Shown one piece after another: positions 44,275-53,921 of a stretch of 54,892 nt of DNA (positions are counted from its first letter, which is position 1; each line of letters begins with the position of its first letter). The notes under the pieces were generated by a model. That model worked only from the letters and a program-made list of their open reading frames with translations. It was not told the DNA's origin and did not search any database. The DNA comes from an uncultured Candidatus Sumerlaeota bacterium. Lineage in GTDB: Bacteria > Bacillota > SLNR01. The DNA lies in contig CAZDAI010000002.1 of NCBI GenBank assembly GCA_964503545.1, forward strand, positions 1 to 54,892, given 5' to 3'. A program made the position numbers and the translations under genes.

Positions 44275-45101
44275 TGCTGGACCGGCAAAGAGAAAGAAGA
44301 CTGCAGGCTATCGTGGACGATTGGAGCATGGAACGATTGCGCCGTCCGGGGGGGACGGCCAGGGCGATTCGTGAGTTTGCTACTGCATACGGCAACTGGG
44401 CATACCTTTGCGGAGATCAGTTCCATCTGGGCGGAGCTGTTGCTACGGATCAGCTGGCAGCACGGGCCGGACTGAGACCTGGAATGAGGGTTTTGGATGT
44501 GGCTTGCTTTTTGGGTGGGCCGGCACGATATCTGGCACGCCGCTTTCAGTGCCAGGTAACGGGGCTTGATATCAGCAAGGCCTGCGTTCAAGGGGCAAAA
44601 CGGCTCACAGAAGCGGAGTATCTTACCCAGCAGGTGGATTTTATTCAGGGAGATGCCTGGCAGATGCCGCTTTGCGACAATCGGTTTGATGTGGTCTGGG
44701 GACAGGATTCGTGGCCCCATGCAGACGGCTTGTTTGAAGAATGTGCCCGGGTACTGGTTCCAGGTGGTGTAATGGCCTTTACCAACAGTGTACGGGGAGA
44801 TGTGGGCTCAATAATCCTTGATGATGAAGGGATCACTTATGAAGCATTTACTGCTGACCAGTATGGAGAGATGCTGATATCAGCCGGATTTGAAGTTTGT
44901 TCTTTAGAAGACATTGCAGAAGAGATTATTGTCCTTTGGGAAGAACTGGAACAGCGACTATTGCGTCAGAAAACGATTTGGCAAGCACAGCTGGGCGAGA
45001 GTCAGCTGCTGTGTGAAATGGATTCCCTGGCAGTAACCCTGGATGATTACCGGCGCAGGCGGATCGGTCATGTCCGGATTACGGCCAGAAAGAGAAGGTG
45101 A
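44271..45101 (+). CDS. Class I SAM-dependent methyltransferase
   Basis: GTGA overlap with the upstream stop. Motif I VLDVACFLGGPA. FDVVWGQDS. Confidence 0.7.
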   Translation: MMLDRQRERRLQAIVDDWSMERLRRPGGTARAIREFATAYGNWAYLCGDQFHLGGAVATDQLAARAGLRPGMRVLDVACFLGGPARYLARRFQCQVTGLDISKACVQGAKRLTEAEYLTQQVDFIQGDAWQMPLCDNRFDVVWGQDSWPHADGLFEECARVLVPGGVMAFTNSVRGDVGSIILDDEGITYEAFTADQYGEMLISAGFEVCSLEDIAEEIIVLWEELEQRLLRQKTIWQAQLGESQLLCEMDSLAVTLDDYRRRRIGHVRITARKRR

Positions 45102-45763
45102 AGCGGATGAAGAAATGGCGTGATTTGCAAAAAATCGCCGATGAAGGCCTGATTGCCGTGATCCGGGCGCGCTCAACGGACGAGGCGCTGCAACTGGCCG
45201 ATGCTCTGGGCAAAGGCGGTATTCAACTCATAGAAGTTACCTTCACTGTACCGGGTGCTCTGGATGCCATCAAAGCCCTAAAAGCAGCCAATAATCACGA
45301 TCGTCTGGTGGGAGCCGGAACGGTTCTGGACAGTGAAACAGCCCGAATGGCGATTCTGGCCGGGGCGGATTTTATTGTGTCACCTTGTTTGGACGAGGAA
45401 ACGGTACGCCTATGCAATCGCTATCAGAAAGTTGTGATGCCGGGGGCAATGACACTCAAAGAAGCGGTGGCCGGACTGGAAGCCGGTGCTGACATCATAA
45501 AACTTTTCCCCGGTGATGTGCTGGGACCCCAGGCCGTGCAGTCATTTCGTGGCCCCCTGCCCCAGGCGCCCTTCTTGCCAACCGGTGGTGTAAATCTGGA
45601 CAATCTGGAAGCGTGGTTTGCAGCCGGAGTTGTGGGTGTGGGCGTCGGCGGAGAGCTGACCAAAGAGGCTTTAGCCACGGGGGATTATCAGTTGGCTGAG
45701 AATATGGCCCGCCGATTTGTGGACAAGGTGCGGGAATGTAAAATCAAGTATGGAAAGAAATGA
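45098..45763 (+). CDS. eda: KDPG/KHG aldolase
   Basis: GTG 45098 (or ATG 45107). IAVIRA, IEVTF, GAGTVL and KLFPG motifs. Confidence 0.85.
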   Translation: MKRMKKWRDLQKIADEGLIAVIRARSTDEALQLADALGKGGIQLIEVTFTVPGALDAIKALKAANNHDRLVGAGTVLDSETARMAILAGADFIVSPCLDEETVRLCNRYQKVVMPGAMTLKEAVAGLEAGADIIKLFPGDVLGPQAVQSFRGPLPQAPFLPTGGVNLDNLEAWFAAGVVGVGVGGELTKEALATGDYQLAENMARRFVDKVRECKIKYGKK

Positions 45764-45767
45764 GGGG

Positions 45768-46766
45768 ATGGTATTGAAGGATTTAGTATCTTTCGGGGAA
45801 GTGATGATCCGGCTATCGCCCCCAGGGTATCAGAAAATTGAGCAAGCCAGTCAATTTGATGTTCATGTGGGCGGTACTGAGCTCAATGTCGCCATCGGTG
45901 CCGGGCGACTGGGGCTTACTACTGGATACATTACACGCCTGCCGGAGAACAGCCTGGGGCATTTGGTGCGCAACCGAATTCGTGAGCAGGGCGTGGACAT
46001 CTCCCGAATTCAATGGAGTGACCGGGATCGTCTGGGGCTATATTTTGTGGAGGCCGGATCCAACCCACGGGGTGGCGACCTGATCTATGATCGGGCTTAC
46101 TCGGCAATCAGCCAGATCGATCCATCCACATTGGATTGGCCGGCAATCTGCAAAGAATACAGGCATTTACACATCACCGGCATTACTCCTGCTCTCAGCC
46201 CGACTGCTGCCCAAGCCACAACGGAAGCCATGGCCGCAGCCAAGGCCGCTGGTTTGACAGTCAGTTTTGATGTGAACTACCGGGCAAAACTCTGGAGTGA
46301 AGAAGATGCCCGGTGCTGCCTGGAGCCATTGCTGGCGTATGTGGATATATTATTTTCTTCTGTAGGAGAGATTCGTCAAATATTTAAAGTGCAGGCGGAC
46401 GGGCTCAAAGAAACCGGCCAGGCAGTGGAGGAAAAGTATGGCATCCCAGTGGTTGCGATGATGCGTTCAGAAAAGCACTCTGTGCTGCGCATGGCCTGGC
46501 GGGCCGTTGCCTATCAGGCTGGTCAACTGTATGAAGATATTCCAATTGAAGTTGAAATTGCCGACCGCATTGGCGGCGGTGATGCTTTTGCGGCAGGTTT
46601 TCTGTACGCGTATCTGGCCAAGGGGCCAGATGTAGCTGCTGCACTGCGTTACGGAAATGCAACGGCTGCTTTAAAATATACCCACCACGGTGATTTCAGC
46701 TGGAGCACGCTGCCTGAGGTAGAAGGACTGATTCGCGGCAAAGGCGGCTTAGCCATGAAGCGGTAA
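45768..46766 (+). CDS. kdgK: 2-dehydro-3-deoxygluconokinase (PfkB family)
   Basis: ATG 45768. FGEVMIRLSP, GGTELNVA and GGGDAFAAGFLY motifs. Confidence 0.85.
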   Translation: MVLKDLVSFGEVMIRLSPPGYQKIEQASQFDVHVGGTELNVAIGAGRLGLTTGYITRLPENSLGHLVRNRIREQGVDISRIQWSDRDRLGLYFVEAGSNPRGGDLIYDRAYSAISQIDPSTLDWPAICKEYRHLHITGITPALSPTAAQATTEAMAAAKAAGLTVSFDVNYRAKLWSEEDARCCLEPLLAYVDILFSSVGEIRQIFKVQADGLKETGQAVEEKYGIPVVAMMRSEKHSVLRMAWRAVAYQAGQLYEDIPIEVEIADRIGGGDAFAAGFLYAYLAKGPDVAAALRYGNATAALKYTHHGDFSWSTLPEVEGLIRGKGGLAMKR

Positions 46767-46838
46767 AGAAGTGACGAATACGAGGGCACGACTGCTGAAA
46801 ACGCAATCGTGCCTGTTCATTTACTCCGCTAGGCTGCT

Positions 46839-47597
46839 CTATGCTGGCTTTTGGGCAACGATGAGAAACCGGTGTTCTATGCCTGTGATTATCCCAGTCT
46901 GTGCCAATTCTTCATGCAAGGTGAGCAGCTCCTCAAAACAGGCATCAATAGAAAAGTCCGGGAACTCCCATGTAAGAATACTGGCCATAAATACCAGGGC
47001 ACCTACATCATAGTATTGAACCATCGGGAAAAATTCTTCCCCCACAATTATTTCCAGGCCAGCATCGACTGCCGCTTTGCTGAAGGTATCAAGGTGATGG
47101 TCAGGATAAAGGGGCTGGTGATGCGGGAGCAGTCTGCGGGCTAAATCGAGATTGTTCTGCCCACCTACTTGCTGGGTTACAAAATGGCCACCAGGGCGCA
47201 GAACACGAGCTACTTCAGCTGGGGAGAAGGACTCATGCCGGTTAATGACCAGATCAAAGAAGCCATCGGGGTAGGGTATAGCATCTGCAGATCTGATTTC
47301 TCGGACTGTAATTCCCAATGGGGCCAGTTTCTGTTGGCATAAAGCGAGATTTGGCGCATAACCTTCTGTTACAAAAGTGCGGTGGGGCGGATGAGCGAGG
47401 CTGAGTAGAAACTCACCGCCACCGGTGCCCATATCCAGCAGAGTTGTCTGGGGAGCACGCCAGCGGTCAACCCAGGTACGGTAATCCCACGGTAAGGGGG
47501 AGCTGGCGCAGCGACCGGCCAGTGAGGAAAAATCCCACCCGCAAAATGACCGCTGGACTTCCTCTGCCCATAATTTTCTCAATTGGTCCTTGTTCAT
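46839..47597 (-). CDS. Class I SAM-dependent methyltransferase
   Basis: ATG 47597, 9 nt after GGGAGG. Motif I LLDMGTGGGEF. Confidence 0.7.
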   Translation of the reverse strand: MNKDQLRKLWAEEVQRSFCGWDFSSLAGRCASSPLPWDYRTWVDRWRAPQTTLLDMGTGGGEFLLSLAHPPHRTFVTEGYAPNLALCQQKLAPLGITVREIRSADAIPYPDGFFDLVINRHESFSPAEVARVLRPGGHFVTQQVGGQNNLDLARRLLPHHQPLYPDHHLDTFSKAAVDAGLEIIVGEEFFPMVQYYDVGALVFMASILTWEFPDFSIDACFEELLTLHEELAQTGIITGIEHRFLIVAQKPA

Positions 47598-47661
47598 GGC
47601 AGCCATCCTCCCAAAAGGCAGAAAAATACCGGTACACGGGTAGTCCGTGCCGGTATTTTTC

Positions 47662-47958
47662 TTATTTGAGTCCGTTGCCGGCAGATGAGATTGAGCCCAT
47701 GCCGGCAATGTAGTAGACGATGCGCAGTGTTTCCCCGATTTCTTCTTCGGTTGCACCATTTTGCCGGGCCGCATCCGCCAGAGAAGCCACGCCCCGATCA
47801 GCGCCGACAATGGCATCCAGGGCCATGGCAATCAGGAGTTTGGTTTTTGCATCCAAAGCACCTGGAGCCATCGCATGGTCCCGGAGTTGTGCGATCAGAT
47901 CCACCAGTTTGGGATCACTGTTGCGAAATTTTTCAACAAAAGCCGGTACATTGCTCAT
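47662..47958 (-). CDS. Carboxymuconolactone decarboxylase (AhpD-like) family protein without CxxC
   Basis: ATG 47958 after GAGGAGG. ~98 aa. LDAKTKLLIAMALDA and EIGETL helices. Confidence 0.6.
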   Translation of the reverse strand: MSNVPAFVEKFRNSDPKLVDLIAQLRDHAMAPGALDAKTKLLIAMALDAIVGADRGVASLADAARQNGATEEEIGETLRIVYYIAGMGSISSAGNGLK

Positions 47959-48110
47959 TGATTTTCCTCCTCGAAAGCCGACATTGCCGGCTGCATTTGA
48001 TTTCATTGTATCATAATCGAACTTTCGGCGGGCAACATTTTTGGCAGGGTTTTAGCATAAAAAAGCGAATTTATGTTCGATTGCTGATCCATCGGACGGA
48101 GGTGAAACCA

Positions 48111-50456
48111 GTGAACAGTCAGCGGATTCTCGAATACATACGCAGTCAACCGGATTATGATGAACAAATAGTGCATGTTGAAGATCTGCCGGCTGCAGAG
48201 GCCTGCTTTTCACCGTTGCCGACAGGACTTCATTCCTGCCTGCAAAATTATCTGCACAGTCACAACATTGACTGCCTGTACAGTCATCAGGCCCAGGCCT
48301 ATGCAGCAGCAGCGGCACGGGAACATCTAGTAGTGGTCACCCCGACAGCATCGGGTAAAACCCTCTGCTATAATCTGCCTGTGCTGAATGATCTGCTGCA
48401 GAATCCGGAGGCTACTGCACTGTATGTATTTCCCACCAAAGCATTGACACAAGATCAGCGCGGCACGCTAAAAGATATGGCACCCGATCTGAAAGCTTTT
48501 ATCTATGACGGGGATACAGTCGATGCTCAGAAGCAGGAAGCCAGAACCACCGGGCAGATTATCCTGACAAATCCGGACATGCTCCATCAGGGAATTCTGC
48601 CAATTCACCTGAAGTGGCATCGTTTCTTTTCCGGACTTCGTTATGTGGTAATCGATGAAATTCACAGTTACCGGGGGGTTTTTGGCACTCATGTGGGGCA
48701 TGTATTGCGCCGATTGCAGCGCCTGTGCCGGTATTATGGCGCAAGTCCTCTGTTTGTGATGTGCTCTGCAACCATTGGTAATCCAGGTGAACACAGTGAA
48801 ACGCTGACCGGACTGCCGGTTCGGGTAATTGATGATAACGGTGCCCCCCGGGGTGCGTGCCGGTTTGTAATCTGGAAGCAATCCCCCCGCATTAGTCTGG
48901 TACAAGAAACTTCCTGGCTTTTTTCACAGCTGATTCGCCAGGAAGCCCGCACCATTGCTTTTTCCCGGGCGCGGCAAAGCACAGAGCGCATGCTGCGCCA
49001 GATTCGCCGCCATTTGCAGAACACGCCTTTTCGGGATCAAGTGCTGACCTATCGAGGCGGCTACCTGCCTGCGGAGCGGCGGGTTGTGGAGCATCAGCTG
49101 TTTTCCGGACAGGCACGGGGAGTGATTGCGACCAATGCCCTGGAACTTGGTATTGATGTGGGGGATCTTGAAGCTTGCATTATTGCCGGCTTCCCCGGCA
49201 CCATTGCGTCCACATGGCAGCAGGCTGGCCGGGTGGGCCGCCGGCGGGACGAATCCCTGGTTGTTTTTCTGGCTGTTAACAACCCCCTCGATCAGTACTT
49301 TGTCCGCCATTCAGATGCATTATTTAAAAAACCATCGGAACGGGCCTTGACCGATCCAGATAATCCATACATCCTTTTAAACCATGCGGTATGTGCTGCC
49401 CATGAATTGCCCGTCAACCCCCAGGATGAGACAGGCTGGGGGCCGGTGCTCCATGAATTGCTTGACATTCTCCATGAGGATGGCATTTTAGCTCTGTCGG
49501 ACGGCACATACTACTATGCCGGCCAGGGATATCCCGCTGAGCGCTTCAGTATTCGCTCTTCTTCAGCAGAGACAATTCAGCTGCGCGATGCCGCCCGACC
49601 ACGGCGACTGATCGGCGTAATGGACGGCGGCACTGCGTTTTCAGAAGTCCACGACGGAGCTGTCTATATGCATCAGGGTGATACCTATGTGGTACAAAAA
49701 CTGGATCTGGACAATCGCATCGCTTACTTGCAGGAAGCTGATGTTGATTACTATACACTGGTACGACGGGACAAGACCACAGAAATCCTGGCAACAGAAC
49801 GGCAAAAAGACTTCTATGACAGTCAGGTTGCCACAGGGCCCCTGAAAGTAACCACTCAGGTTACAGGATATATCAAGAAGCATGAAGTGGGAGGGCATGT
49901 GCTAGGCAGCGGTGATCTGAATCTGCCGGAGCAGATTCTCGAGACCGTTGGTACCTGGCTGATGGTCCCAGACAGCATTGGCTTGAAGATCCGGGAAGCA
50001 GGTCTGGACTTAATGGGCTCGCTCCATGCTGTGGAGCATGCTGCCATCGGGCTGCTGCCTCTTTATGTTATGTGTGACCGCAACGATATTGGGGGTCTCT
50101 CAACGGTAAAACATGCTCAGACCAAAACCGGAACCATTTTTATCCATGATGCGTACCATGGCGGTGTGGGGTTCAGTGAAACAGCTTACGCACAGATTGA
50201 AACACTTCTGGATGCAACCCGGGAGGCAATCATGGCCTGTTCCTGCGAAGATGGTTGTCCCAGCTGCATCCACTCTGCTAAATGTTCCAATTTTAATCAG
50301 CCTTTGGATAAAGAAGGGGCTATCTACCTTCTTCACCTGCTCTTGAATAAGCCCTATACCCCCAATAAAAAGGATGGAGGACGAACGGTACATCCCCAGG
50401 CGGCTGGGCTGCGCAGAGCTGCCAGTCGGTTTAAAAAGGGCGGTGATCAGTCTTGA
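48111..50456 (+). CDS. mrfA: DEAD/DEAH-box helicase with C-terminal DUF1998 zinc domain (MrfA/YprA-like)
   Basis: GTG 48111, 6 nt after GGAGGTG. Motif I TPTASGKT. DEIH. QQAGRVGRR. C-terminal CSCEDGCPSCIHSAKC. Confidence 0.8.
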   Translation: MNSQRILEYIRSQPDYDEQIVHVEDLPAAEACFSPLPTGLHSCLQNYLHSHNIDCLYSHQAQAYAAAAAREHLVVVTPTASGKTLCYNLPVLNDLLQNPEATALYVFPTKALTQDQRGTLKDMAPDLKAFIYDGDTVDAQKQEARTTGQIILTNPDMLHQGILPIHLKWHRFFSGLRYVVIDEIHSYRGVFGTHVGHVLRRLQRLCRYYGASPLFVMCSATIGNPGEHSETLTGLPVRVIDDNGAPRGACRFVIWKQSPRISLVQETSWLFSQLIRQEARTIAFSRARQSTERMLRQIRRHLQNTPFRDQVLTYRGGYLPAERRVVEHQLFSGQARGVIATNALELGIDVGDLEACIIAGFPGTIASTWQQAGRVGRRRDESLVVFLAVNNPLDQYFVRHSDALFKKPSERALTDPDNPYILLNHAVCAAHELPVNPQDETGWGPVLHELLDILHEDGILALSDGTYYYAGQGYPAERFSIRSSSAETIQLRDAARPRRLIGVMDGGTAFSEVHDGAVYMHQGDTYVVQKLDLDNRIAYLQEADVDYYTLVRRDKTTEILATERQKDFYDSQVATGPLKVTTQVTGYIKKHEVGGHVLGSGDLNLPEQILETVGTWLMVPDSIGLKIREAGLDLMGSLHAVEHAAIGLLPLYVMCDRNDIGGLSTVKHAQTKTGTIFIHDAYHGGVGFSETAYAQIETLLDATREAIMACSCEDGCPSCIHSAKCSNFNQPLDKEGAIYLLHLLLNKPYTPNKKDGGRTVHPQAAGLRRAASRFKKGGDQS

Positions 50457-51622
50457 GTTTATATGAGCGTCTCAACCGATTGCGGCAGGCATCCCGCGGG
50501 CAGGAATCACCGGCGCCACCTTTTGACCAAACAGCCCAAGAAGATTTGCCGGGAGAAGAAGTGAAGAATGCCTTTGGCTCCTATCTGGTACTGGAAAGCA
50601 CCCATGCACCCAGCACTGATCTGCCGGTGCGCAAACAAGGGTTGATGTGTGAACAACTACAGCTTTTGTATGGAGTAGGACCTGCTACTGAAATCCGGCT
50701 CAAAGAAGCGGGGTATGAGACATTAGTGGATCTTCAGGAGCATCCTCGCTGGGGCCAGCAGGCCCGGGAAATTCTGGCTTGTGTAGAACAGGCAGATATT
50801 CGGGGGATGCGACGCCTGGGAGCACGTGACATGGACATTCTACCCTATTTCTGTCGGGAAGACATTGTCTATCTTGATATTGAAACCACTGGATTATGGT
50901 CCACTCAGCCTTTGTTTCTGGTGGGCCTCTTGTACTACCACGAGGGGCAACTGCGTTCCCGTCAGCTGCTGGCGAGAAATTTGCAGGAAGAAAAACCCCT
51001 GCTGGCAGGGCTGATTGAGGATCTGGCGCGCTTTTCCATGATTGTTACATACAATGGGCGCAACTTCGACATCCCCTACATCGAAAACCGCACAGTGGCC
51101 CATCGTTTATTCTACCGTAGCAGCCATGAACAAATCGATCTGTTGTACCACGCCCGGCGTCATTTTCGCGGGGTACTGCCCGACTGCCGTCTGGTAACAC
51201 TGGAAGAACATCTGCTGGGGAAAAAGCGGGAGGATGACATCCCCGGATATTTGATCCCAGCCACCTATTACCGGTATGTACGGACAAGGGATGCAAAACT
51301 CCTAAGCGGCATTCTTGAGCATAACCGGGATGATCTTTTGGCCATGGAAGGAATGATGCCACTGGTGACAACCGCTGCTGATGCATCACCCTTGCTCGTC
51401 ACGGGGCAGTTTTCCAATGGGGGGTGTTCCTGCGTGGAGGATCAGGAGGGCCAAGATTACCATGCCAGCACCCACAGCCTGCTGGGCGCTGATAATTTCT
51501 TGAAAAATGAGCAGCGCCAGAATAATGGTGAAAACCGGTTCCACCGTGCTGATCAAAGCTGCCCGGGAGGCCCCAATCATCTGGATACCGGTAAAAAAGG
51601 CGATACTGGCCGCAGCCGTTGA
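50453..51622 (+). CDS. mrfB: RNase-H-fold exonuclease (MrfB/YprB-like)
   Basis: TTG start overlaps the helicase stop. DEDDh-type motifs YLDIETTG, TYNGRNFDIPY, HNRDDL. The last ~80 codons run antisense into the next gene. Confidence 0.65.
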   Translation: MSLYERLNRLRQASRGQESPAPPFDQTAQEDLPGEEVKNAFGSYLVLESTHAPSTDLPVRKQGLMCEQLQLLYGVGPATEIRLKEAGYETLVDLQEHPRWGQQAREILACVEQADIRGMRRLGARDMDILPYFCREDIVYLDIETTGLWSTQPLFLVGLLYYHEGQLRSRQLLARNLQEEKPLLAGLIEDLARFSMIVTYNGRNFDIPYIENRTVAHRLFYRSSHEQIDLLYHARRHFRGVLPDCRLVTLEEHLLGKKREDDIPGYLIPATYYRYVRTRDAKLLSGILEHNRDDLLAMEGMMPLVTTAADASPLLVTGQFSNGGCSCVEDQEGQDYHASTHSLLGADNFLKNEQRQNNGENRFHRADQSCPGGPNHLDTGKKGDTGRSR

Positions 51623-52279
51623 AAACAGGGCCATCAGGCTGAGGATCCGCCATGCCGCGGGGGACGGTAACTGAAGCTGTCCTGTGAGAAATCCCACCAG
51701 CAAGAATGCTGCAGCGGCGGTGGATATGGTATAGGTCATGGCCCGGGCTGGGTTCATGGCTTTCAAATACCGGGCGATGCCCAGGATATAGAGAGAGTAG
51801 GAGAATGAAGCACCCAGGGCGAGTACAACTCCGAGGGGATCATAGTGGATATTGCGGCTCCAGAACATGATGCCGCAGCCAGCCAAAGTGAAGATAAGGG
51901 CAGTCCACTGATGGTTGCCCAGTTTTTCACTGAGAAATGCCCATGAAATAAGGATCACAAAGGCCGGATAGGTATAGGAGAGAATGGCAAAGAGGGAGAT
52001 GGGCAGGCGAGCCAGACCCTGAAAATATAAGATAGGAATGAGAATATTGCCCAAAAGAGCAGCCAGGAAAATCCCGGCACGCTCTTTTTTTGCTACCGGC
52101 TGATGCTGGTGCGTTATGATCAGGTACCCCCACATGGCCAAAGCAGCCAGGCTGTAGCGGACTGTGAGGATTGTATATGTATCCAATCCCTCACTGAAGG
52201 CTAGCTTGCCGAATATGGATGCTGTGCTGTAGCCTGCTGCGGCAATCAGAATTGCGAACAAGCCTTTTTGCGCATTCAT
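51386..52279 (-). CDS. EamA/DMT-family transporter
   Basis: 297 aa, 10-TM-like profile, duplicated EamA halves. Confidence 0.75.
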   Translation of the reverse strand: MNAQKGLFAILIAAAGYSTASIFGKLAFSEGLDTYTILTVRYSLAALAMWGYLIITHQHQPVAKKERAGIFLAALLGNILIPILYFQGLARLPISLFAILSYTYPAFVILISWAFLSEKLGNHQWTALIFTLAGCGIMFWSRNIHYDPLGVVLALGASFSYSLYILGIARYLKAMNPARAMTYTISTAAAAFLLVGFLTGQLQLPSPAAWRILSLMALFSTAAASIAFFTGIQMIGASRAALISTVEPVFTIILALLIFQEIISAQQAVGAGMVILALLILHAGTPPIGKLPRDEQG

Positions 52280-52292
52280 AGAGGACCTCCTT

Positions 52293-52901
52293 CTACGCTT
52301 CTTCTGCCGTCAGGATTGTTCCCTGGTGATCGAAAGGGAGCAGCAGGCTGGTAAGAAAGTCCGGATCCTGTTGTTTATCGTCCAGCCACAGTGACTCTGC
52401 TTCTGGGGAGAGAATTGCCGGCATGCGGTCATGAATTTCCGCGATCCAGGGGTTCGCGTCAGTTGTGATGATCAGACACGTTGGCCTGGCTGGTGAACCA
52501 TCTTCGTTGGTCATGGGACGGTACAACCCGGCCATGGAGAACAGGCCACCATCACGTCGAGAAATCCTGATCTTTATCTTCTTACCGCCCTCGTTCTTCC
52601 ATTCGTAGAAACCAGTGGCCGGAATCAGGCAGCGCCCGCGCCTAAAAGGATGACGGAAGGTAGGTTTTGTGGCTGCCGTCTCTCCCCGGGCATTGATCAG
52701 CAAGCCTGAACCGTAGGGTTTGGGGAAACCCCAATCCATCATTTCCAGATGATTCTGCCGGTGGGTACGGGTTATAACGGGAATCGTCTGGGAAGGAAAT
52801 ATTTCTGGCATGGGCGCATAAATAATTTCCTCATCCAGGGCAACACCATAATATGCTTTTATGGCCTCAATATCATAAGTCAGGAGAAAACGTCCACACA
52901 A
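52293..52901 (-). CDS. SOS-response-associated peptidase (SRAP/YedK family)
   Basis: Invariant N-terminus MCGRF. ATGFYEW motif. 202 aa. Confidence 0.9.
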   Translation of the reverse strand: MCGRFLLTYDIEAIKAYYGVALDEEIIYAPMPEIFPSQTIPVITRTHRQNHLEMMDWGFPKPYGSGLLINARGETAATKPTFRHPFRRGRCLIPATGFYEWKNEGGKKIKIRISRRDGGLFSMAGLYRPMTNEDGSPARPTCLIITTDANPWIAEIHDRMPAILSPEAESLWLDDKQQDPDFLTSLLLPFDHQGTILTAEEA

Positions 52902-52983
52902 TCGGATCAGCCCCTTTTTAATGGATGGGAAATTATTCCCTGCCTACCCTGAGATCCCCTGCTGGAATGATGAAATCTACCAG

Positions 52984-53012
52984 TTGACAAGGGAAAAAGA
53001 CCATGGTAGAAT
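52984..53012 (+). promoter_or_regulatory. Sigma-A type promoter
   Basis: TTGACA (52984-52989), 17-nt spacer, TAGAAT (53007-53012). Confidence 0.75.
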
Positions 53013-53044
53013 GTGACTGACAGGTCATATGACTAATCGGTCAC
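53013..53044 (+). promoter_or_regulatory. Operator-like array of TGAC/GTCA half-sites at the transcription start
   Basis: GTGAC-TGACAGGTCA-TA-TGAC-TAATCG-GTCAC. Inner palindrome TGACAGGTCA (53018-53027). Outer arms GTGAC/GTCAC. Confidence 0.4.
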
Positions 53045-53060
53045 AAAACGGAGTGAGATT

Positions 53061-53921
53061 ATGCTAATCCAGGTTGAGCATCTATACCATGATTATTCAG
53101 GAAAAGGACAGTATGCCGTCAAGGATGTCACCTTTGGTATTGAACGGGGGGAAATCTTTGGCTTTCTCGGACCCAGCGGTGCGGGGAAAAGCACGGTACA
53201 GAACATTCTCATTGGCCTGCTGCCGCTGCAGCAGGGGGTCGTTAGCTATGAAGGAAAATCCATCGAGCGCATGGGGCCTGCCTTCTTCAACCGAGTCGGT
53301 GTGTCTTTTGAGCACCCTAATCTGTACGGTAAGCTAACCGGCTACGAGAATCTTCGCTATTACGCCGGCTTGTTTGCCGGTCCTACTGAGGAGCCGCTGA
53401 GGCTTTTGGATATGGTGGGGTTAAAAGATGCAGCATACAAAAAGGCGGGGGCATACTCGAAGGGTATGAAACAACGGCTGGTATTTGCCCGTTCCCTGGT
53501 TAACCGGCCGGAGATCCTCTTTCTAGATGAACCCACCTCTGGTTTGGATCCAACGACGGCCAGTCGCATCAAAGAACTGATTCTGCACAAGAAGGCAGAA
53601 GGGTGCACGATCTTTCTGACAACTCACAACATGGCCATCGCGGATGAATTGTGCGACCGGGTGGCATTTATCAATGGCGGCGCTTTGGTTGAAATGGATT
53701 CACCCCGCAGCCTGAAGCTGCAGTACGGCGAAAAGTCCATCCGCGCCGAATACCTGGACGAAAAAGGGCAGGTGTCTGTGGCAACTTTGTTTCTCGACCA
53801 GGATCAGGATCGGCAGCGCTTAAATGAATTGCTGGCATCGTCACGCCTGCAGACAGTTCATTCGCAAGAAGCCACGCTGGAGCAGATCTTTATCCGGCTG
53901 ACCGGGAGGGGACTGCAGTGA
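53061..53921 (+). CDS. ABC transporter ATP-binding protein (ABC-2 exporter type)
   Basis: Walker A GPSGAGKST. Signature YSKGMKQRL. Walker B ILFLDEPTSGLD. Confidence 0.9.
   Translation: MLIQVEHLYHDYSGKGQYAVKDVTFGIERGEIFGFLGPSGAGKSTVQNILIGLLPLQQGVVSYEGKSIERMGPAFFNRVGVSFEHPNLYGKLTGYENLRYYAGLFAGPTEEPLRLLDMVGLKDAAYKKAGAYSKGMKQRLVFARSLVNRPEILFLDEPTSGLDPTTASRIKELILHKKAEGCTIFLTTHNMAIADELCDRVAFINGGALVEMDSPRSLKLQYGEKSIRAEYLDEKGQVSVATLFLDQDQDRQRLNELLASSRLQTVHSQEATLEQIFIRLTGRGLQ

Noticed and set aside
47685-48110. 5' extension of the helicase ORF (the track gives 923 aa)
   Set aside because: The extension is antisense to the CMD-family gene and Pro/Arg-rich. A GGAGGTG RBS precedes GTG 48111, where helicase-like sequence begins.
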